NCBI RefSeq assembly: GCF_009914755.1
Contig: NC_060937.1
Strand: one strand, 5' to 3'
Origin: the human T2T-CHM13v2.0 reference genome, Homo sapiens
Length of the DNA stretch: 64,000 bases
The notes beneath the pieces were generated by a model that was given only the letters and a program-made list of their open reading frames with translations, was not told where the DNA came from and made no database searches. Position 1 is the stretch's first letter. Each line of letters opens with the position of its first letter. Below are positions 47,016 to 61,119 of the stretch, one piece after another. A program made the translations under genes and the position numbers.

Positions 47016-47719
47016 AACGTGTTTCAGATTGTTCCTAATGTGGGTGAGATAGTCATATCAACAAAACCAATATCCAAATGAGAAAGGTAAGTGAAGCGAT
47101 GAGTATTGAGTCTTTTGTCTCTTCCAGGCCCTGTGCTAGATACTTGTGTTACTGTGGAGATTCAGATATTCCTATCATTTGATTTTGTGCCCATTCATCA
47201 TATCAGCCAGCACAGATTGATTTTGAATCTAGATTTTTTTTTTACTTCTAGTTCTTTGCTTTATTCTTTAATAACCCAAATGTCACCTGATTACTCTACC
47301 ACTTAAGAACTAAGACTTCCTAAGTATTTAGTTTTGCCCCTCCCACCCCTACCAGAAGTCTAAAACTTTCCCTCAAATTTCTGTCAATTTAACAGTTGTA
47401 GGTGAGGATGGGGAAGGGTTGTTGTGTAATGGGTTTACATTCTTACAATTACCTCTGCCTTTGAACAGCTTCTTCGGGTTGCAGATGGATTTTGCATATT
47501 GTGCATACACTAATATTCATACTGTATCAACTCAGCTGTAAAACTCAACATTTATCAGCTTCCACAGAGACACTCACTTATACAACTCAATATCTAAGTG
47601 TGATAGTCCTTATTGAAGATATAACACAATAGTAGTCAGAAAAAATCTCTACTTTTATGTTTTATTATGTCTTTTGAAAGGTAATATATTCAGATGGTTC
47701 AATATTAAAGTGAGAAATG

Positions 47720-48640
47720 GTATATAAACGACCAAATTTTCTACTGGATTGTTGATCTTTTATCGATTGGTAGAAGCTCTTAATATGTTAAATGAGCCTT
47801 TTGTAATAAGACTGCAAATATATTTTCTGAGTTTGTCTGTTTTCTTTTGATCTTTTCATAGTGATTTCTCCATGAATATTTATTTAAAATTTTTATATAG
47901 TCAACTTTTTCAATTTTTTCTTTTCTTTTATGGCTTTAGGGTATTGTTTTTAAGTAGAAAGGTCTCCTACACTTTGTGATTATAAATAATTCTTCCATTA
48001 TTATTATATTTTCCTAATAGTTTTAAGAATTTTTTACAAGTACATTTAAATAATTGATCTATTGAGAATTTATTCTTATATAAAGTGCTGGTTTAGATCT
48101 AAGTTATATTTCTCTATATGGCTAACCCAGTTACCCCAATATCATTTAATTCTTAGTATTTTTCTCATTGATTTAAAATACCACTTTCATTTTCTATTAA
48201 ATTACCCTTGGCATTTGTTTATATGAGTGGATTCTATTTTGTTACAACGTTGCCTCTTCTTGAGCCTGTATCACAATACTATAATTATTTAGGTTGTATG
48301 ATATGTTTTAGTATCTTACAGGGCTGGTTCTTCTTCATTACTCTTATTTTTCAGAATGTTTTTTACTTTCCTTGACTTGTTTATATTTTCATATGAATTG
48401 ATAATTACTTTGTCCAGGTGCATGAATAAAATCCTACTGGTATTGATATTGAAATCATATTAAAGCTACAGATTGACTTTGGAGAATTTACATTCTTTTG
48501 AGTCTTTGCGATATTGTGTCTTCCTAGTCCATACTTTCCATCTTTGCATTTGTTCATGATTTCTTTTGTCCTTGAAGAGTGCATTAACGTTTTATGCTCA
48601 TAGACCTTATACATTTCTTGTTTTTCTGTTAATTCTCTTA
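47720..48640 (-). mobile_element. Ancient L1M ORF2 fragment
   Basis: T-rich; aatcctactggtattgatattgaaat, ctttggagaatttacattc. Confidence 0.6.
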
Positions 48641-48739
48641 ATTCATGGTATTTAATACTATCTTCAATTATTGATAAATTTACAACTTCTTTAAAATATC
48701 TACTCTAAAATGTCAGCAGTTCTGAGCCTGAAGAAACCC

Positions 48740-49080
48740 CTGTACTACACTGTACTCCCTTCCAGCTACACCAGCCTTCTCTTTGCTCTTAAAATATGCC
48801 AAACTTCCCCCATCTTAGGACTTTTGCATGCTGTTTCTTCTCCCAGGAATGCTCTTTTCTCAAGATTTTTACCTAGCTGTCTCCTTGTCTTTCAGGTGTC
48901 AGCCTAAATACAACCTCTTTAGACAGTCCTTCCTTGACCAACAGCAAAGGAAGTTTCTTTACAGAACTTATCACTTCTGATACTTTAAAAATGGATTTGA
49001 TGGTAGTGACTTTTTATGTTATGTACTACTAACTACTGAATCTCTAGTATCTAGAAAAATTCAGTCTGTTGAATTAAACT
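48740..49080 (+). mobile_element. L2 3' region
   Basis: ttttgcatgctgtttcttctcccaggaatgctc. Confidence 0.65.
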
Positions 49081-49151
49081 CGAAATAGCACTTCTTTCCT
49101 TTGTCTCCTATAAGGTTTTCCCCATTTGTACTTTTCCTGACATCACATTTT

Positions 49152-49406
49152 CCTTTTTTTTTTTTTTTTAGGTGGAGTCTTGCTCTGTCGCCCAGGCTGG
49201 AGTGCAGTGGAGCGTGATCTTGGCTCACTGCAAGCTCCGCCTCCTGGTTCACGCCATTCTCCTGCCTCAGCCTGCGGAGTAGCTGGAACTACAGGTGCCT
49301 GCCACCACACCCGGATAATTTTTTGTAGTTTTAGTAGAGATGAGGTTTCACCGTGTTAGCCAGGATGGTCTCGATCTCCTGACTTCGTGATCCACCGCGC
49401 CTGGCC
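49152..49406 (-). mobile_element. AluY with internal deletion of about 44 bp
   Basis: Y diagnostics; TSD gacatcacatttt at 49139-49151 and 49407-49419. Confidence 0.94.
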
Positions 49407-49639
49407 GACATCACATTTTACTTCTGTCCATCAGCTCCTCAGTTTAGGAAAATCTTATCTTCCTAACAAATAGAAAACTCTTGTAGCTCAAATAAGAGGA
49501 AAAGATGAGGCCTAATGTTTAAAGTCCTGATGGATTCAAAGCCCTGATGGAGTCTCTCCACTCCTCATACCTGAAGTCTGAATATTTGTCATCTCAGATT
49601 ATCTACAACTAAGGAGGGAACCTGACTTTTTCTTTGTCC

Positions 49640-50065
49640 CAGAGTGGGCAGGTTATTCTCCCTCCCAATACAAACCACCTTAAGGAAAAGATACAACTTA
49701 TTGGCATAAATGGCTGGGATTGTTCTGAGGTTGTTCATAGGTTCAAAGAAATTGCTGCAGGGACTAGAACAAGGCCTCACACCACCAAGATTTTCCTCAC
49801 TTCTTCAGGCAGCCTTCTGCCTACCTGTCCCGCATGGCGTCATTCCTCAGAAGGCTTCTCCAGGCTCCTGGTAAGATGTGGTCTGGCTGCCTCTTAGTTG
49901 ACTAACTGTAACTTAAAGAGGGCATCCTTTCCCAAAGAGCTTATATAAAGAGAAAAACTTTTGTTGGCCCTTCATGGGTCACATGTCCATTCTTGGACCA
50001 ATTACTATATCACAGGAATGAATAAAGAGCTGTGATTGGCCAGGTTCTGCTCGTGTTCCCTTGCC
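49640..50065 (-). mobile_element. MLT1K/L-like LTR
   Basis: gggtcacatgtccattcttggaccaattac, tgattggccagg. Confidence 0.5.
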
Positions 50066-50811
50066 GACCACAGGGGTTGTTTCTGATGCCGATGGGGTTT
50101 GAGTGCAGAAGAAATGCATGGACAGGGAAAAAAAGTAGCCAGCAAATCTCCCTCAGGTGCATATTAAGTAAGTGGCTGGAATTTGAGACTTTTCCATTGT
50201 GTGTATAATATTTAAAACATGATGTACTGTACATGAGACCTAATTACATAAGAAGGCAGTGAATTAAATAATAGTTGAAGTTTATGTTTTGACATGCTTG
50301 TCTTTATTTTAGCACTTTTTATTGTTATGTTCAGAGTTTTTTGAGAATTTGGCATCGATTTTCAGTATTGTGTACCTTTACTGAGATTTTATTACTTTAC
50401 TTTATTATTATGGTTCAAAATTCCAGTTGTTTAACCCAATCAATGCCTTCCCAGAGGGATTAGGATCATGTAGATCAAGTCCTGTGTCCCTTCTAATTTC
50501 CATGAGAAGCTGTGTGACTCAGACAAGGAGGATGGTGACTTGTGGTGTGAATATGTTCCGCTCTGTGAAGAAGATGTCCCAACCTCACTACCAAACTGCC
50601 AGGAAGAGTCACATGAAATTTCTAACATGTAATTGAGAAAAGACAGAGCTGGGCCCTCTCCAGAGGGTCTGAGTTCTACTGTAGACTCCATCCACCATTA
50701 CATCGAAAACTTTGGGAAACCAAGTAAACATCTCAGACCTTTGAGTTGTCTTTATCTGTCAGATGATGGGGATTTTTAATGCCAGTCTCACAGAATTGTG
50801 AAAATAATAAA

Positions 50812-51123
50812 CAGACAAACCTTGATTTACAATGGTTTGAATCCAGATTTTTCAACTTTACAATGGGGCAAAAGGTATAAGATACGTTTTTGCAATGCTG
50901 GGCAGAACCCACAAGCCACAGCCCCATGGTCATGAGCGTGAAACAATTGATACCCTAAAATTTACTATGTTTCCAGGTGATTTTGCCCAACTGTAATGTT
51001 CTGAGCATGTTTAACGTAGGCTATGATGTTTGTTTGATAGGTTAGGCATTTTTGACTTAGCAATGTTTTCCATTTACAATGGTTTACCAGAATATAACCC
51101 CATCATAAGATGAGGAGCATCTA
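50812..51123 (-). mobile_element. MER47-family (Tigger) element inserted in a MIR
   Basis: gattttgcccaactgta, ttctgagcatgtttaa, aaccccatcataagatgaggagcatct. Confidence 0.8.
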
Positions 51124-51196
51124 TATACGTGAATGTACTCTATAACTTGTAAAGCACTATGTGATCATAGTCAAGCTGTTTTAAATCTTTTAGGTA

Positions 51197-51500
51197 GGCC
51201 AGGCATTGTGGGTCATGCTGTCATCCCAGCACTCTGGGAGGCCAAGGCAGGTGTATTGTTTGAGTTCTGGGGTTCAAGACCAGCTTGGGCAACATGGTGA
51301 AATACCGTTTCTACAAAAAAAAAAAAAAAAATAGCTAGGCATGGAGGCACATGCCTGTAGTCCCAGCTACTCAGGAGACTGAGGTTGGGGGATCACTTGA
51401 GCCCAGGAGGCAGAGGCTGCAGTGAACTGCGCTAGCATAATTAGACTCCAGCCTGGGTGACAGAGTGAGACTCTGTCTCACCAAAAAATAATAATAATAA
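51197..51500 (+). mobile_element. AluJ
   Basis: gatcacttgagcccaggagg, gaggctgcagtg; (AAT)n tail. Confidence 0.9.
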
Positions 51501-52211
51501 TATTTAAGGTAACAAAATAGATAATCAATACTACAATCATAAATAAAGTTCTAACAAAATACAAAGCATTTATAGTCTGTACTATTCATTTTGTAACACA
51601 GCCAGAGATACTTTGCACATTCCCTGTCTGCGTATATGTAAAACTTGTCCTCTTAGAAAGTGTTTCCTTGAAGAAAAAACCAACATGACGTCATATACAT
51701 TTTCCAATAACAACATAATGTTTACTATATAGCAGGGCCCCTAGAAGGCACTCCATAAATGCATATAATATTGAGTTATGTTGTTGAATCATGGAGTAAG
51801 TGAAAGTAGGATTGAGGCAGTTGGAGAGAGGAAGCCTGGGAGCAGTAGTGGAACTGGGGCCTTTAGTTCTTGAATTCATAAAGGTGACTCCAAAAGCAAG
51901 TTTAAACAAGATGTTAGTGATCTAGATTAGGATTCACTACTCAAGTCCCACCATACACCTCTTGCCTTCAGAGTTCTGACAGACAGAGAATAAACACAGA
52001 GAATTGGACAAAGTAGGGGAAAGAATGAGCTTTAGAAGGGCTTTCCAGAATGGCTAGAGTACAGAATGCAGTGGGGTTTCCTTTACCCAACTCTTAGAAG
52101 CCTCCCAGTCTTGACTTGCCCACTAGTTTAGGTAATGGAACTGGAGCTGTATTGGCTTCACTAATTAGGGCCTGCCTGAAAGAATCAGCTAAGCCTAGGC
52201 TCTTGAAGGTT

Positions 52212-52976
<765 letters not shown>

Positions 52977-53405
52977 AAAGTCTAAGAACTCAAGACAGAG
53001 AATGAGAAAGGTGGTGACAGGAACTGCTGCCAGAGGCTTCATGTAGTTGGCCCCACCCTTTATCTATTGCAGTGCAATGACTATCGGGCTTTTCTCTGAG
53101 TCTCACCATCAAATTAGCCTCTTCCCCTAAGGGACAAGTCCAGGTGGTGGTAGAAAGAGAATCTAATGCTCCCTCATGAGGAAAGAGGCATCTGTCTTTT
53201 CAGGCAATGTTTCCCCACAAGAGTGAGGGAAGAAGCTGCTGGAAACCATGGTTGCCTCCTTTCGGTTCTCTCTAGGGCCACCTTTGAAGAAGGACATAGA
53301 TATATAGAATGAAGACACTGAACCACAGGCTACTTCCTGCTCACCATCCTTTCTTCTCCCTCTCTCTGTAACCCTTTCAGCTCTTTTCTTTGTTCCAAAT
53401 TTCAG

Positions 53406-53560
53406 GAAGAAAAATGGAACTAAAAAGGGAAAACAATAGCAACAAAGATCAAAATAAATAACAAGGAAGCGGAGAGAAGAAAGAACATGGTGAAGAGAGT
53501 GAAACGCATTGTCATTTGGGGTGAATTGCAGAAAGAAATAAATTATTGTTCTTATATATA
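53406..53560 (+). ncRNA. CCDC26: Putative terminal exon, tentatively CCDC26 lncRNA
   Basis: Polypyrimidine tract and ttcag acceptor; frame reads RKMELKRENNSNKDQNK then TAA (53459-53461); AATAAA 53537-53542. Gene identity recalled from memory, not verified. Confidence 0.55.
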
Positions 53561-54488
53561 AGTGAGATCATGCAGTATTTGTCTTTCTGTGTCTGGCTTA
53601 TTCACTTAACATAGTGTTCTCCATGTCCATTCATGTAATTACTAGCCACATGTAGGAGAATGAAACTGGATCCTCATCTCTCATCTTATACAAAATCAAC
53701 TCAAGATGGATTAAGGACTTAAACCTAAGACCTGAAACTATAAAAATTATTCTAGAAGATAACATTGGAAAAACCCTTCTTGACATTGGTTTAGGCAAGG
53801 ATTTCATTACCAAAAACCCAAAAGCAATGGCAATAAAAGCAAAGATAAATAGCTGGGACCTAATTAAACTAAAGAGCTTTTGCACAGCAAAAGAAACAGT
53901 CAAGAGAGTAAACGGACAACCCATACAGTGGGAGAAAATCTTCACAATCTATGCATCTGACAAAGGACTAATATCCAGAATCTACAATGAACTCAAACAA
54001 ATCAGTAAGAAAAAAACAATCCCATCAAAAAGTGGGCTAAGGACATGAACAGTAATTCTCAAAAGAAGATATACAAATGGCCAATAAACATATGAAAAAT
54101 GCTCAACATCACTAATGATCAGGGAAATGCAAATCAAAACCACAGTGTGATACTACCTTCCTCCTGTAAGAATGGCCATAATCAAAGAATCTAAAAACAG
54201 CAGATGTTGGTGTGGATGCAGTGATCAGGGAACACTTCTGCACTGCTGGTGGGAATCTAAACTAGTATAGCCACTATGGAAAACAGTGTGGCGATGCCTT
54301 AAAGAACTATAAGTAGAACTGCTATTTGATCCGGCAATCCCACTACTGGGTATCTACCCAGAGGAAAAGCAATCATTATTCAAAAAAGATACTTGCACAC
54401 ACGTTTACAGCAGCACAATTCACAATAGCAAAGTCATGGAACCAACCGAAATGCCTATCAATCAACAAATGGATAAAGAAACTCTGAG

Positions 54489-54533
<45 letters not shown>

Positions 54534-55338
54534 ATGAAATACTATTCAGCCATAAAAAGGAATGAATTCACAGCATTTGCAATGACGTGGATGAGATTAG
54601 AGACTATTATTCTAAGTGAAGTAAACTCAGGAATGGAACACCAAATATCTTATGTTCTCACTGATATGTGGGAGCTAAGCTATGAGGATGCAAAAGCATG
54701 AGAATGATGCAATGGACTTTAGGGAGTTGGGGGGAAGTGATAACAGACAAAAAATATGGTGCAGCGTATACTGCTTAGGTGATGGGTGCACCAGGTTCTT
54801 ACAAATCTCCACTAAAGAACTTACATAACCAAATACCACCTGTACCCCAATAACTTATGGAAAAATGTTTTTGCAAATGACAGTTTTTTTTCTTTTTTAA
54901 TGGCCAAATAATATTCCGTTGTGTACATATGCCCCCATTTTCTCTATCCATTCCATTTGTCAGATCCATCCAGATGAATGGATAAACTTAAGTTGATTTA
55001 ATATGTTGGCTATTATAAATAATGTGGAGATATCTCTTTGACATACTAACTTCATTGTCTTTGGCTATGTGCCTAGAAGTGGGATTGCTGGATCATACGA
55101 CAGTTCTATTTTTAATTTTTTGAAGAATCTCCATACTATTTTCCACAATGGCTGTACTAATTTACATTTCCACCAATAGTGTGCAAGGATTACCTTTTCT
55201 CCACATTTGTTGTCTCTTGTTATCACCAACACTTGTCATATCCTGTCTTTTTTTCCTTGATAATAGCCATTCTAACAGGTGTGAGGTAGTACCTCATTGA
55301 GGTTTTAATTTGCATTTCTCCTATGATTAGTTATGTTG
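53552..55338 (-). mobile_element. L1MA-like fragment interrupted by L1PB
   Basis: ataagtgagatcatgcagtatttgtc...catgt resumes as ttgcaaatgacag after 54865. Confidence 0.8.
53637..54865 (+). mobile_element. L1PB (PB1-like) 3' 1.2 kb
   Basis: gtaggagaatgaaactggatcc; ORF 53827-54048 ([14 protein letters not shown]); ends ccacctgtaccccaataacttatggaaaaa; (TG)n 54496-54530. Confidence 0.9.
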
Positions 55339-55339
55339 C

Positions 55340-55700
55340 AAAAATATTAATCTAAAGGGAGAGATAGACTGCAATACAATAGTAGGAGACTTCAACATCC
55401 CTCTTTCAACAATGGACTGATTGTCCAGACAGAAAATCAATAAGGAAACATTTGATTTGAGCTACACATTTGACCAAATGGACTCAACAGTCATATATAG
55501 AACATTTCATCTAACAACTGTAGAATACACTTCTCAAATACACACACAACATGTTCCAGGATAGATCATATAGGCCGCAAGGTCACAAAACAAGTCTTAA
55601 CAATTATCATATCAAGTATGTTTTCTTGGCCACTATGGTATGAAACTGGAAATCAATAACAGGTGGGATTTTGGAAAATTCACAAATATGTGGAAACTCC
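55340..55700 (+). mobile_element. L1M ORF2 endonuclease-region fragment
   Basis: gtaggagacttcaac (VGDFN), cagaaaatcaataagg, ggatagatcata. Confidence 0.8.
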
Positions 55701-57945
55701 ACATTTCTTTGATTTAATTTTGGGGAAGGAAATAAATTTCTCAGAAAAGACTAAGAGGCTTAATGAAGAATGACTGATTAAGAGAGTCAGAGAAAAAAAA
55801 TCCGGCTTTCTTATCCTGATTTCCTCTAACCTGCTAGGCAGATCGTCTGTCTGACTCTTACAAAGGAAGCTAAGCCTTGAATACTATTACGCTTCCTACG
55901 ATGAGATCAGCAGAAATGAGAACAGACTCTAAAAGGTATTTTGCACTTTCTGGGAACAGATGCTGATTAGGTATATTTAGTTGGTGGACCTGTTTATTGT
56001 GTTTCTTGTTAAATGCAATGTTACTGTTAATACCTCTCGTGAGTTTCAATACATGATACTGGTGATGACACTTTATCTTGACTAAATACATAGGAAAGAA
56101 GACTTAATGTGTTGCTAAGGCAATGCATTCTCATGGAGGTACTAAGGACCAGAATAAATAGCAAGGCATTTTTTTTTCTCGCACTATTACATTCACATTT
56201 GCTGTGTGGTATCTTGTTTTGTCTCATCTTACTTGCCCTATTTATTTACTGGTTATGGCATGAAACTTTAATTGTGGTGTAGCTGGCTGTGTCCACATCA
56301 AATAAACATAAAAACAAGAACACAGGCAGTCATCCAGAAACTGCTCCTTAGGTAATGTTCACTAAGGCAGAGTGAAGGTGCCAAGCAATTATCTGGTGAG
56401 TAAGATCAATGTAGACAGCAATACCAGCTAATTCATTCCTCGCTCTGCAATTTTCTTTTTCATTTTTAGATTAGAACTACTAGAGAAAGCTGCAAAATCT
56501 TCACTTAATGCTACTCCTGTAGGTTTGTGTTGACCAGGGTCAAGCACTAGGGCCCAAAGACCTGTTTCTGTTTTTCTTACCACACCACAGTACCTCTCCA
56601 CATGAGAACTAAAGGACGTTTCTCCTTCTAGTCAGAGATAGCACAGCATTTTCAAGATAAACTATTTAGGGCTTATCAAAATTATACTTCAGTATGTTTT
56701 TCAATAAGGTCCAAAGCATATTCGTATATGTAACTGGATGTCCAGTGGGACACCATCTGTTATCCCACAATTGTAGCTAAGGCCCAAAACTGAGGATAAA
56801 AACTGCTTCATGATCCTTTAGTGAGACCGACCAGTGAGACAGCAAAAATGACAGCCACCTCACAGTGTGTCAATATAGCAAGAAACAGAGAAGGAGAGAC
56901 AGTGTGTGATGGCAAGCGTGGTGTTCACAGAGAAGCTGTTATTGCTATTGTGTGGAGAATGAATCACAAGGAAGGGACATTTAAGAAATAACTCATAACA
57001 AGTTTAGTTGACTGAATGAAGGGTAGACTGGCATCTATTTTCTGGCTGTATTCTTGTTGAGCTACCCAAAGTCCTGCACACACTTACACTGCCAGCTGAG
57101 TGCAAGCTGGTAAGAGAGCTCCAGGGAGCATGTCCTGGGCCCCAGGAGCAGGGCTGCCACGTGGTCAAGCAGTTTGTATGGGCTCAAGGCCACAATTCTA
57201 GGTGCACTGCTCACATCATAGACATTCAGCAGTGCAACACTTTGTCATTGCTCTTTTTCTTCCCTGCTGTGGTGAAGAAGGGACTGGTTATGTGTTCCCT
57301 GGAGTTTTGGGGGTATAGCAGACCATGGTGCTGGGCTCACTTCTAGATTGGACATTTCTGAAGTGAAAGACCTGCTGGAGTCCCACTGGTTTGAGGGACT
57401 GTGGAGTAATGGTTCTGGGAAGAAAATGGAGTCAAGCTCCCCCATTCCAACTCTCTGGTCTCTCACTGACAATATATGAAATGGGAATTTGTTGATTCTA
57501 GGATCAAAACAAAAAACATGGAGGTTGGCAGAGAGATAGTAACCCTGAAGCCACTGTGGTTGCTGGTGAGCTGAATGAAGGCATTCAGCCAGGAGAAGCT
57601 TTGGGGGGTTGGGGGGTTGGGGTATCGCTGCTGGAGTTGAAAGGAGTCATGCTGGTCCCTCTTAAGAGGATTTTCAGGAGTGTGTTGGGCCAGGGTAAGG
57701 TTTAAAATGACCCCAGAAAAACCATGCATAACATTTATGTGGAAGTCAACACTCCAACTGGGGCTATAAATATCTCAGCCCCTTCTAAGTACCAACCACT
57801 GGGCAGTTCTTGGAATGAATCTTCTCTCTGCACAGGCTTCCCTGGTTGTCACTGGGCAAAACGAAGGCCCTAGAATCTGAATGGAAGGTTGAAATAAAGA
57901 AGGAGGCAAGTGTATGAAAAGACAATACGTTCTTTCATCCAGGTT

Positions 57946-58071
57946 CGTGTGTGTGTGTGTGTGTGCATCTCACATCTAAAACATACCTTCACAGCAACAT
58001 CTGGACTAGTGTGTGACCAAACAACTGGAAGCTATAGCCTAGCCAAGATGACACATAAGATTAACCATCAC
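57946..58071 (-). mobile_element. (GT)n followed by MLT2 (C/D-like) LTR fragment
   Basis: ttcacagcaacatct...gccaagatgacacataagattaaccatcac. Confidence 0.75.
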
Positions 58072-58680
58072 TGAGTTATTTTAAAAATAAGGTCATTATT
58101 ATTTTAAATTTATATTTACAGTAACATATTGAGACTCTTTGATGAACTTGTTACACATCTTAAATGAGAAGTAGGAGAAAAGCAAGAATGAAAAAGTTGC
58201 AAAGTGTTGGCTCTCCTAAACAAAACCGTTCTTCTGGCTTATAGGTGCATGGGGTTTGTATGTTTGCATATATGTAAAACAAAAAGTAGAAGCAAGAAGT
58301 ATATACTTTTGTTTCCTTTGGTTGTTTTCTTCAGAGAGGTGACAAAGCTGTGCAGATACATAAAGGATCTTGTGTGTTCTAGGCTCAGTGTCACTGATTC
58401 ACATTTGGATGTACAATGGAGCACTGTGAGTGGATGCTACAGGTCACTGCAAACCTAGCAAATAATGAGGATAATGATGATTACGGTAATTGGGAAACTA
58501 ACTAGGGAAAGAGGAGAATCCCTGCTTGAACTCAGATCATATAGGGTTTCAATTATGAATATAAACCAAGAAACAGTAATGTAACGACTTTTTATTTTAA
58601 TGCTGAGAGATTAAGACTGAATTTTGATATTAAATGTTGTACAGATTGGCATAATCCAGGTACATTTCGAAGAAGGCAAA

Positions 58681-58685
58681 GTGTA

Positions 58686-58724
<39 letters not shown>
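58681..58724. repeat. (GT)n microsatellite
   Basis: Seen directly. Confidence 0.97.
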
Positions 58725-58726
<2 letters not shown>

Positions 58727-58851
58727 TCATGAACACATGACTGAAAAAAAGATTAAACCTCATATGTTAGTCTCGATGGCTTTCCCAAGCTAGGAGCCTT
58801 ATCTCCCTTGTGAATTTGGGATTGGGACGGTTTTTATGGCCACTCTTGTTT

Positions 58852-58909
58852 TTCTGAGACATTGCTGGAGTGCAGTGGTGCGATCTCGGCTCACTGCAGT
58901 CTCCACCTC
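58852..58909 (-). mobile_element. 58-nt Alu remnant
   Basis: gctggagtgcagtggtgcgatctcggctcactgca; perfect TSD gccactcttgttt at 58839-58851 and 58910-58922. Confidence 0.9.
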
Positions 58910-59950
58910 GCCACTCTTGTTTGCCTCATATCAAAGACTTCTTGCTATGTGTTGCCTATCTCTGTCATGTTCACTATCACCAGGGTCCAAGTGCAGTCTT
59001 ACAAAGCACTCCTTAATTCTGTAGACCACAGAGGCTACATTCACAGAACTAGGTTAAACACAACTTTTAAAGTTATTTGTCACATCAAAGAATGTCCACT
59101 TCCTTCCTCCAAACAAGAGGACGCCTAGCAGAGAGACTGTATGTAATATTATTACCTTTTCTTGATTTATTTATACCAAAGCATTCTATTACCTGCTAAT
59201 CCAGGAAATTATTCTGCAAGTCCTGTTATAGAGCCAGAATAAACCCTTAATTATATAGAAACAATATTATTCGAAGCTATGCTAAAGCAATTAGAATTCA
59301 ATTAAAATAATTAATGTATCAACAAATATACTACATATCTAAAAACAAACCTTTAATAAACATATCGCCAGCAATATTATCTAATTCCTTGGTATTTGTA
59401 TTTAATTAGGTAGGTAATAGAAAGAATGTCAGGTTTTGTTTTTCTAGAGAAAAGCCCAGATGGGGATTAATTGCAAATATCTATTGAGTACTGATTAACT
59501 GTCAACTCCTATGCTTGTCCCTGAGGAAAACTTGCGAGTAGAAAAAGCATAAAAGAAGATCAAAAAATGGGATGAGACAAAGAATTGCAAATCTTGTTTG
59601 AAATACATATTTCAGCACCCAACACATTTGTAATAATGTGATAAATAAGGAGATATGAACCATAAAAACTATAGGAGTTTAAAAGGGGAGATCAACAAAA
59701 GATAACCTAAGTAGGAAAGATTTAGTGAGAGAGGTGGGGTTTGAACTGGGATATGAGGAATGGGGCAAAATGAGAAAACTTTTCAAGGCATGGAGAAGGA
59801 GGAAGGCTAGAATATCAACAAAAGATTAAGGACCACATACCCAAAGGTGCAACAGAGGGACAAAGATGATGGGTTTGTAGTCAGAGAGAAGGTTGTCTTG
59901 TCTAAAGTTGAGGCTTCTTGTTGGATCAGAGTAGAAAACAGGTTTGATGA

Positions 59951-60352
59951 TGAGTTAGTCTGTTCTTGCATTACTATCAAGAAATACCTGAGACTGGGTA
60001 ATTTATAAAGAAAAGAGCTTTATTTGGCTCATGGTTCTTCAGGCTGTACAGGAAGCATAGTGGTTTCTGTTTCTGGGGAGGCCTTAGGGAGCTTTTACTC
60101 ATGGTGGAAGGCAAAGCCAGGGCAGGCGCATCTCACACGGTGGGAGCGGGAGCAAGAGGCAGAGGGGAGGTGCCACACACTTTAAACAACCAGATCTCAG
60201 GAGAACTCACTATCACGATGGCTACACCAAAGGGGATGGCGTTAAACCATGAGAAACCACCCAGGTGATTACTCCACTGGGCCCTGCCTCCAACATTGGG
60301 GATTGCAATTTCACATGCTACTTGGGTGGGGACATAGATCCAAACTATATAA
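59951..60352 (-). mobile_element. MSTA-like solo LTR
   Basis: gaaatacctgagactgggtaatttataaagaaaagag; TSD gatga/gatgt. Confidence 0.9.
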
Positions 60353-60354
60353 GA

Positions 60355-60636
60355 TGTCATGAAAGACGAAATGTGTCAGACAATTAAGGAGAGGATTTTA
60401 TTCCTGCTATTTCAATAAGAAGGACATTCATTAATGGGGTATGATTCAAAGATGAGAGAAAAATAACTGAGGTTTTATACAACAAAGACATCATTGAGGA
60501 AGAATAGAAGTGGGTCTTATTTCAGCATATGCAAGAACAGGGAAGTCTTTGCTGTTAGAACACAAAAGGGTGAGGGGGTTCCGTCATTGTTCCTCTTTTC
60601 AGGGAGCACAAGGCCCAGGTAAAGTTTAATACTGTT
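60355..60636 (-). mobile_element. ERV1 LTR (MER67-like)
   Basis: Ends gggagcacaaggcccaggtaaagttt. Confidence 0.45.
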
Positions 60637-61119
60637 AATAGTATGGAGGTAGCTATATCACACAGGTCCTTAAGGCAGACTGAGAATGTGAGAGTTGAAA
60701 GGGAGGCTAAAAGAGGACACACATAGGCTATATTATGAATGAAATATTTTAAATAGAAAGGAAATACATCCTATTCTGCATTTGGTGATGATATGTGGGA
60801 CAAGGTAGGCTGGGCAGGTGAAAGACAGCACAGGTAGATTACACAAAAGACTGCTAGAAAATTTACATGTGAGAGATGAGGGGCTACAGAGAGGGCTTGG
60901 AGGCAGAGTAAAAATTGATAGAGGAGGGTCAGTTAGTAAGAAATATATTTGGCAAAGAAAAAAAGATGGTAATTAGTTTTTGAAAATAACCAAAAGCCTA
61001 TGAAAGAAGGAACTAGGCAAAAATACAGTTTGGTAGGACATTTTCAATCTAATCTACTTTGAGATTCTGATGCTATGTAATGTTTAATAGGAAATGATTG
61101 ACAGTGATGGTGCTCATGT

